Assembly: GCA_964653435.1 (NCBI GenBank)
Contig: CAZZFA010000003.1
Location: 9,521-73,520, forward strand
DNA from: an uncultured Planctomycetales bacterium
Lineage (GTDB): Bacteria; Planctomycetota; Phycisphaerae; UBA1845; PWPN01
Direction: 5' to 3'
DNA length: 64,000 bases
This document shows, one piece after another, positions 58,147 through 64,000 of this stretch; position 1 is the first letter of the stretch, and each line of letters begins with the position of its first letter. The position numbers were made by a program, and so were the translations under genes. The notes beneath the pieces are model-generated. The model was not told the origin of the DNA. It did no database searches and saw only the letters and a list, made by a program, of their open reading frames with translations.

Positions 58147-58300
58147 GGAACGTCCTCCGGTATTCGCCGGTCACCACCGGTGTGACCCGGCTCCGCATTA
58201 TACATCGGATGCCGTCCGCGGCGGAAGCGCGCAACACACCCGGCTTCCGACGGCGGCGGCGCGGCCCTATACTGGCCCGGCGCAACGAACGAGGGCGGTT

Positions 58301-59314
58301 ATGGCCTGGAATGTGTACGTAACACGGCGAATCCCGGACGCGGCGCTTGATCTCCTCCGGCAGGAGTGCGGCGGCTTCGACCTGAATCCCCAGGATCGCG
58401 CCGCGACGCGTACGGAGCTTCTGGACGCCGTAAAGGGCCGCGACGGCGTGCTGTGCCTCCTCACCGACACGATCGACGACGAGGTGATGGCGGCGGCCGG
58501 TCCGCGCTGCCGGGTGTTCGCGAACATGGCCGTGGGGTATGACAACATCGACCTGGCCGCGGCCACACGGCGCGGCATCCTCGTCACCAATACGCCGGGC
58601 GTGCTGACCGAGACGACCGCCGACCTGGCCTGGGCGCTGCTCTTTGCCGTGGCCCGCTGGATCGTCGAGGCCGACCGGTATTTTCGCGCCGGGCAATGGA
58701 CGGGGTGGGGCCCCATGCAGTTCCTCGGCCACGATATCCACGGCGCCACGCTCGGCGTGATCGGCGCCGGGCGGATCGGCGTCGCCGTCGCTCGGCGGAG
58801 CGTCGGCTTCCGCATGCGGGTTCTCTATACCGACCCGCAGGAGAGCGCCGAGCTTGCCCGCCTCGGCGCGAGCCGTGTACCGCTCGATACCCTGCTTCGG
58901 GAGAGTGACTTCGTCACGATCCACGTCCCGCTGGTTCCGGCGACGCGCCATCTGATCGGCGCGCGGGAGTTGTCGCGGATGAAGCCGACGGCGTACCTGA
59001 TCAACACGTCCCGCGGGCCGGTCGTCGATGAGGCGGCACTGGTGGCCGCGCTGAAGGAAAGACGCATCGCCGGCGCCGGCCTCGACGTGTATGAAAACGA
59101 ACCGGCGCCCGCGCCGGGCCTCGTCGAGCTGGAGAACGTCGTGTGCATTCCGCACCTCGGCTCGGCGACCCTGGCGACGCGCAGCCGGATGGCTGTGATG
59201 GCGGCGGAAAACCTCGTGGCGGCGCTGCGTGGCGAGCGGCCGCCGAATCTCGTGAACCCCGAAGTGTTGCCGGCCGCCCCGGCCGGTGACCGCGACGCGG
59301 AGGCGGGGCGTTGA
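58301..59314 (+). CDS. D-isomer-specific 2-hydroxyacid dehydrogenase (glyoxylate/hydroxypyruvate reductase-like)
   Basis: MAWNVYVTRRIP..., NAD motif GVIGAGRIGVAVARR, and a catalytic region ...NTSRGPVVDE...PHLGSAT. Start ATG 58301. Confidence 0.85.
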   Translation: MAWNVYVTRRIPDAALDLLRQECGGFDLNPQDRAATRTELLDAVKGRDGVLCLLTDTIDDEVMAAAGPRCRVFANMAVGYDNIDLAAATRRGILVTNTPGVLTETTADLAWALLFAVARWIVEADRYFRAGQWTGWGPMQFLGHDIHGATLGVIGAGRIGVAVARRSVGFRMRVLYTDPQESAELARLGASRVPLDTLLRESDFVTIHVPLVPATRHLIGARELSRMKPTAYLINTSRGPVVDEAALVAALKERRIAGAGLDVYENEPAPAPGLVELENVVCIPHLGSATLATRSRMAVMAAENLVAALRGERPPNLVNPEVLPAAPAGDRDAEAGR

Positions 59315-59323
59315 GGTCGCGGC

Positions 59324-60481
59324 TCACGCCCCGACGTATCGCGCATAGATGCTCCGGGCCTCCTCCGGTTTGTTCGTGCCCTTGATGATGGCCCGGCCGT
59401 CCGTGAAGACCGTGATCTGATATCGGTCGATGCCCACCCGCAGCAGGAACGCGTTGAACACCGGCGGGCTTGCCGCAACGGGCCGCAGCTTCGCCGCCAG
59501 CGCGGCAAAGTCGATCGCCGTGGCGTCCGGTGTGCCCCCGGATGGCGAGATCTGAACCGCGTCATGCCCGCAGAGGTGTACGGCGCTGCTGCCGAGAAGG
59601 CCGTCGAGATAGTCGAATCTGCCCTGCCGGCAGCAGGGGCAGTTGCCGTCGTCATACGCCTTCTGCATGTTGAGCTGCGCGACACGCCCCCTCCACGCGT
59701 CGAAATGCACCATGCAGCGATTCACGGCATCGAGCCGGCCCGTCAGGATCTTGAGTGCCTCCATCGCCTGATGGCTCGCCACCATTGTCACAACCGGGCC
59801 GAGCACGCCGACCGTGTCGCACGTCGGGGTCATCTCCGGCGGAGGCGCCTGCTCGAAGACGCATCGCAGGCAGGGGCCGACGCGCGGGAGAATCGGCATC
59901 GCCAGCCCCGTCGCGGCGACGCACGCGCCGTAGATCCACGGGATGCCGTGCTTCACCGCCGTGTCGTTGATGAGGAACCGCGTCTCGAAGTTGTCCGTGC
60001 CGTCAAGCAGCAGATCGGCGCCGGCGGCGAACGTCTCGATGGTGTGCCGGTTCGCGTCCGCGACGACGGCCTCGACGGCCACTTGCGAATTGATGCGGGC
60101 CAGCTTGCGGCGGGCGGCTTCGGCCTTCGGCAGATTCTCGGCGATGTCCTGTTCGTCGAAGAGGTTCTGCCGGGCGAGATTGTTCAACTCGATGTAGTCG
60201 CGGTCCACGATCCGTACGAATCCGACGCCCGCCCGCACCATGGCGTTGGCCAGCGTTGTGCCGAGGGCGCCGCAGCCGATGATCGTCACCCGCCCGGCGA
60301 GCAGGCGGCGCTGGCCCGCCTCGCCGATCGGCTCGAAGAGGATCTGCCGCGAGTAGCGTTCAAGGAACGAATCCTCCGCCGGTCGGGCCGATTCGTTCCC
60401 GGGACTCCGGTTCTGCGCGCCCCACGGAAGGCGCGGCTCGTTGCTTACCTGCCGATCGTCAGGGGGGCCGCTTCGCGTCAC
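59324..60481 (-). CDS. ThiF/MoeB-family (E1-like) adenylyltransferase
   Basis: FLERYSRQILF..., dinucleotide fold VTIIGCGALGTTLANAMVRAGVG, and zinc cysteines CLRC and CPCC. The C-terminal segment ...ITVFTDGRAIIKGT resembles Bacillus-type ThiF. The GTG start 60481 overlaps the upstream stop (GTGA) and is tentative. Confidence 0.8.
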   Translation of the reverse strand: MTRSGPPDDRQVSNEPRLPWGAQNRSPGNESARPAEDSFLERYSRQILFEPIGEAGQRRLLAGRVTIIGCGALGTTLANAMVRAGVGFVRIVDRDYIELNNLARQNLFDEQDIAENLPKAEAARRKLARINSQVAVEAVVADANRHTIETFAAGADLLLDGTDNFETRFLINDTAVKHGIPWIYGACVAATGLAMPILPRVGPCLRCVFEQAPPPEMTPTCDTVGVLGPVVTMVASHQAMEALKILTGRLDAVNRCMVHFDAWRGRVAQLNMQKAYDDGNCPCCRQGRFDYLDGLLGSSAVHLCGHDAVQISPSGGTPDATAIDFAALAAKLRPVAASPPVFNAFLLRVGIDRYQITVFTDGRAIIKGTNKPEEARSIYARYVGA

Positions 60482-61179
60482 GTCCTGCGTTCCTTGCTCT
60501 CGCGTGCCAGTTCCGCCAGAAAGCCACCCGGCGGTTCCACTTCGGCGGCCGGAGGCGGCGGGGTCGCTGCCGCCCCGTGTGGTGTCTCCTCGCTCGGCGG
60601 CGCTTGAGGATCCGGGCACGCTGACGAGCCGGGTGCCGCCTCGCCCTGTCGTCGCCTGCGAATCATCTCCGCGAGCGAGCGGCTGCCCGCGTCGGGCGTA
60701 TGCGGTCCTTGGCCGACGGGGCCGACCCCGCTGCCTTCCTCCCGCAAATGTGCTTCCATCGCACGCGGGCGGCTGACGAACGAGTTCCATGATTGCCGGC
60801 CGGCCGTCCCGAACAGCAGCGCGAAAACCAGCGATAACAGACCGTTCACGTCTCCATTACCCAGGAACACCGCCCCGCAAAGGGCCAGCAGGACAGCGAT
60901 CACGCTGCACGCGACGGCGTCCAGCAGCAACGCCGGTCCCCATCCCGTCAGGCAAAGGGCGGCAATCGCGAGCATCGCCCCGCCGCCGATCCGGAGTGTC
61001 CAGATATACGTGTGTGCAGCCGCGGTATAGCGGGGCGAGATCGTCGGGACGATCCATTCGCCCAGGCCGAAATAGAGCATCAGCCCGCCGCCGACGGCCG
61101 CCCACAACGCCGTGCTGCGAACCTGCTGTCGAAAAGCGACCTGGCCCGTTTCGTCTGTCGGGCCGCGATTGGCTGCCAT
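60478..61179 (-). CDS. Hypothetical 4-TM membrane protein with disordered Pro/Ala-rich C-terminal tail
   Basis: Four hydrophobic segments (ALWAAVGGGLMLYFG, IGGGAMLAIAALCLTGW, LLLDAVACSVIAVLLALCGAVFL, LLSLVFALLFG). The stop overlaps the ThiF-like start. Confidence 0.6.
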   Translation of the reverse strand: MAANRGPTDETGQVAFRQQVRSTALWAAVGGGLMLYFGLGEWIVPTISPRYTAAAHTYIWTLRIGGGAMLAIAALCLTGWGPALLLDAVACSVIAVLLALCGAVFLGNGDVNGLLSLVFALLFGTAGRQSWNSFVSRPRAMEAHLREEGSGVGPVGQGPHTPDAGSRSLAEMIRRRRQGEAAPGSSACPDPQAPPSEETPHGAAATPPPPAAEVEPPGGFLAELARESKERRT

Positions 61180-61570
61180 AGAGGCTCCGTGCCGCTTGCG
61201 CGGGCGATGCGGACGGTTGAATCGGCCTCATTTTACCACGGGCCTCACGGCGGCGGTACAGCAGGGCACGCCGTCGCGTGCCGACTCGTCTTGAGCCCGG
61301 CTCAGCCGTGCGAACGGCTCGGTATGGCGGCGGCCGGCGCCCCGTGTCCGGTTGCGGCCGAAGGCTGCGTCAGGCGATCGCTGCGCGGGCGCACGTCTGG
61401 CTGGGCAGCCATCCGGGCATCGAGTGAACTTCCGGCCGGCCGGCGTGACGTAACGGGGGCAAGAGCGTATGGTAGCGCATGGGAAGCAGGGCGCGTCGTT
61501 GCGTGCTGCTTGTCCCGGACTCCCGGCTGATGCGCAGAGTACATAGTGTCGACTGCTCCGAGGGCCTCGC

Positions 61571-62575
61571 TTGAATCCTCGTCGCGTCCGTCTCGCCGGT
61601 CCCGCCGCATGGAACCCCCGTGACACCTCCATCCGGGCGGCGCGCCGCCGCGCATTCACGCTGATCGAGTTGCTTGTCGTCGCGGCGATTATCGCGATCC
61701 TGGTGGCGATCCTGCTGCCGGCCCTGTCCAAAGCGAGGGACCAGGTCCGCAGCATAAGCTGCCGCTCGAACCTGAAGCAGCTTATGACGGCCATGTTCGC
61801 CTATGTCGGCGAACAGAACGTCCTGCCGGGCACGCACGGCCTGTTCTGGATGCAGCTCCTCTTCGACAAGGAGTGGCCTCGGCCGGCCGGCGTCACATGG
61901 GACGGCGCCCGCGACCGGCAGCGGGGCCTTGCGTACACCCCCGCGTATCGCCAGCCGTATCACCTCGATCCCGAGTTCGTCGCAGATGTGCCGGCCAGGG
62001 GCACGCTCTTCCGCTACATCCGCCAGGAGGCGGTCTACCTGTGTCCCTCCGACAAGCCGGGTCCGGCCGACGACACCTCCCTCGGCGGCGGCGGCAACGG
62101 CAGGCTGAGCTACTCGATGAACGCCTACATCGGTTATCGCGCCCCGGAGAGCATTCAGGGCTTTACGTACGTTGCCGACTCGCTCAACAACGCGCTGCCC
62201 GGCGGCCGCCGGAGAGTCTCGTTCCGGGCCGGGCAGCGGGTTACGTTTTCTTCCTCGCGTTTCATGACGATGTTCGAGGATCACCCCTCCTATCACACGA
62301 ACAGCAGTTACCCCGACGGAAGCTTCAACTGCATCGACCGCATCGCGACGCGTCACATGCTCCGCATTGCCCCGAACGGCGGCGCCGATGAGGGTCGATC
62401 GAGCATGGCCTTTCTGGACGGTCACGCGGAGGCCCGCCGGTACCCCGCCAAGACCCTGGGACGCGAACTGTTCGCTGAGATGGGCGAGCCGATCTTCTGG
62501 CGCGAATCCGGCCTGCCCGACCGCCTGAACATGTCCGCCTTCATCAGGAGACTTCCGGGCCCTTGCCCCTGGTGA
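61571..62575 (+). CDS. DUF1559-type protein with prepilin N-terminal cleavage/methylation domain
   Basis: [46 protein letters not shown], and a C-terminal ...FLDGHAE. This family is typical of Planctomycetota. The start (TTG 61571) is uncertain. Confidence 0.85.
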   Translation: MNPRRVRLAGPAAWNPRDTSIRAARRRAFTLIELLVVAAIIAILVAILLPALSKARDQVRSISCRSNLKQLMTAMFAYVGEQNVLPGTHGLFWMQLLFDKEWPRPAGVTWDGARDRQRGLAYTPAYRQPYHLDPEFVADVPARGTLFRYIRQEAVYLCPSDKPGPADDTSLGGGGNGRLSYSMNAYIGYRAPESIQGFTYVADSLNNALPGGRRRVSFRAGQRVTFSSSRFMTMFEDHPSYHTNSSYPDGSFNCIDRIATRHMLRIAPNGGADEGRSSMAFLDGHAEARRYPAKTLGRELFAEMGEPIFWRESGLPDRLNMSAFIRRLPGPCPW

Positions 62576-62692
62576 TTCTCCGCGGCGGCGGGCGGGTCAT
62601 CCGCGCATCCGGCGGGGGCTTCGGCTCTCATTCGCCGTTCCCGACGCGAGACCAGCCTCGCACATCGGCCTCGCGGGGCGCTGTCGCGACGA

Positions 62693-64000
62693 CTACGGCC
62701 GGCGGATGAGGTCCTTGCCGCTGATGTTCTTCGATTCGACGCTCCAGCCGGCCGGCACCTCGATCCGCCAGGTGATCGTGTCGCCGTCCCGTCGCCATCG
62801 CATCGCGACGGCGCCGTCGGGCGTCGGGATTCGCCCCTCGCACCACGCGAGCGGCAGATCGGCGAAGCGAAGCTGCACGATCCGTTTGACCGCATCCACG
62901 CGGTACACGCCGAGTACGTCGCGGTAGAGCGTGTGGACGATGTGCGACGCGAAACCGTGGTCGCAGCTTGCGTATGCGCCGACGTTTTCCCATAGCGTGC
63001 CGGTCCGGTCGGCCATGTAGAGCAGGTACGCAACCGCCTCGTCGAGGATCTGCCGGCCCTCGCCGTAGCGGGAGAGGATCTCCAGTCGCAGCATGTTTCC
63101 GATGAACGAGTTGGACTCCGGCACGTCGGGGAAGGCCTTTGTCTGTCTGCGCCGCGGGCCGAACTGTTCGCGCAGCGTCTTCCACAATTCCGCGTGGGTC
63201 TCGGGCGAGGCGACGTCGAAGAAGAAGGCGTAGTACTGGCACGTTTCCGTGTGGTCGGGCCGGACGTCGAGCCTGCCGTTCGCCCGCACGGCATGATCGC
63301 GGAAGAACCGGCCGTCCCACGACTGCTTCCGGATCACCGCTCGGATCCGTTCGGCCTCCGACAGCAGCTCGGGCGCTTCGTACAGCCGGCCCGCGGCCGC
63401 CAGCGCGCCGGCGTAGAGCATGTTCGTCGGGTAATTCACGTCCTGCACGAACGAATTGGCCGCCGACCACTCCACGAAGACCCAGCTTTCCAGTTTTTCG
63501 AGGAGACCCTCGTCGTTCCGGAACCTTCGGAAGTAGTCGAAGAGCCTGAAAACCCTCGGCTTCAGCGCGGCGACGAGTTCCCGGTCGCCGCTCCGCGCGG
63601 CGTACTCCTCCAACTGGACGACGAACCAGAGCGCCCAGTTCGGAATGAAGACGCCGTCGTTGTGGTCCGCCGGGTAGCACATCGGCAGCATGCCCTCCGG
63701 CAGAAATGCGAAGCGCGCCGGCAGCGCGAAGTTCTCCAGAAAACTCCTCTCGACGGCTGTATTCCCCGCGAGGTCGCAGGCCACGCGCGAGGTGAAGAAG
63801 CTGTCGCACAGCCAGCCCGCGCGCTCGCGCGACGGGCAGTCCATGAAGAGGTCGACGGCGTTCTGCGCGTAGGTCTCGCGCCCGGCGGCGAAGAGCCGGT
63901 TGAGCCGCTCGTCGTCGCACGCGAAGTGCGCCCGCCATACGTCGGGATTGGTGTATTCCCGGATGAAAAAGCGCGAAACGGCGCACTGTCCGTCAAGGAC
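62693..64000 (-). CDS. GH78-like alpha-L-rhamnosidase family protein, C-terminal part (5' end beyond the right edge)
   Basis: The frame stays open from 63844 to nt 64000 (…NAVDLFMDCPSRERAGWLCDSFF). DCPxRE(R)xGW is the hallmark of the six-hairpin catalytic domain of bacterial rhamnosidases. Confidence 0.7.
   Translation of the reverse strand, partial: VLDGQCAVSRFFIREYTNPDVWRAHFACDDERLNRLFAAGRETYAQNAVDLFMDCPSRERAGWLCDSFFTSRVACDLAGNTAVERSFLENFALPARFAFLPEGMLPMCYPADHNDGVFIPNWALWFVVQLEEYAARSGDRELVAALKPRVFRLFDYFRRFRNDEGLLEKLESWVFVEWSAANSFVQDVNYPTNMLYAGALAAAGRLYEAPELLSEAERIRAVIRKQSWDGRFFRDHAVRANGRLDVRPDHTETCQYYAFFFDVASPETHAELWKTLREQFGPRRRQTKAFPDVPESNSFIGNMLRLEILSRYGEGRQILDEAVAYLLYMADRTGTLWENVGAYASCDHGFASHIVHTLYRDVLGVYRVDAVKRIVQLRFADLPLAWCEGRIPTPDGAVAMRWRRDGDTITWRIEVPAGWSVESKNISGKDLIRRP

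Noticed and set aside
57091-58185. Plus-strand ORF 57091..58185 (364 aa) as an alternative to the minus-strand hypothetical protein 57094..58146.
   Set aside because: The plus-strand product is Leu/Arg/Pro-rich junk. The minus-strand product has a clean signal peptide and balanced composition.

Overview
High-G+C (about two-thirds G+C by eye) bacterial chromosomal segment with about 57 supportable genes packed on both strands. The gene content suggests a Planctomycetota-like organism (inference only). That content includes a DUF1559-type prepilin-like protein, many signal-peptide glycoside hydrolases, two ECF sigma/anti-sigma modules, HEAT and TPR proteins, and a Tat-signal Gfo/Idh/MocA oxidoreductase. 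Most of the window is ordinary housekeeping: glmS, alr, uvrA, rplU, bioD, purC, a DEAD-box helicase, a pseudouridine synthase, an M16 peptidase and a MacAB-type efflux operon. The best candidate for a new system is a lower-G+C, translationally coupled gene pair at 19686-21370. It encodes an SMC/OLD-style ABC ATPase and a small TOPRIM-like (DUF3226-like) protein. This split-OLD-like architecture resembles PARIS, AbiL and Gabija, but I cannot assign it to a described system. Other points worth a second look:
- a truncated integrase reading into tRNA-Val at the left edge (boundary of an integrated element)
- an orphan terminator in about 600 nt of unannotated sequence downstream of glmS
- an ECF/anti-sigma pair followed by an orphan tandem-STN protein
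- an ABC ATPase / VTT-like membrane protein / LolA-like triad with no permease
- an ECF / zf-HC2 / CpxP-like / Gly-Arg-Trp-Cys-rich protein module
- a 74-bp x 4.4 intergenic tandem array
- a REP-like inverted repeat
- two 11-nt G/C homopolymer tracts
- a K+ channel with a non-canonical TVGYR filter
Limits: no searches or computations were run. Functions come from motifs I recognise in the translated ORFs. Internal start codons were chosen by hand, by counting residues and checking the codon in the sequence, and are approximate hypotheses. Long ORFs antisense to real genes are abundant, as expected at this G+C, and were discarded.
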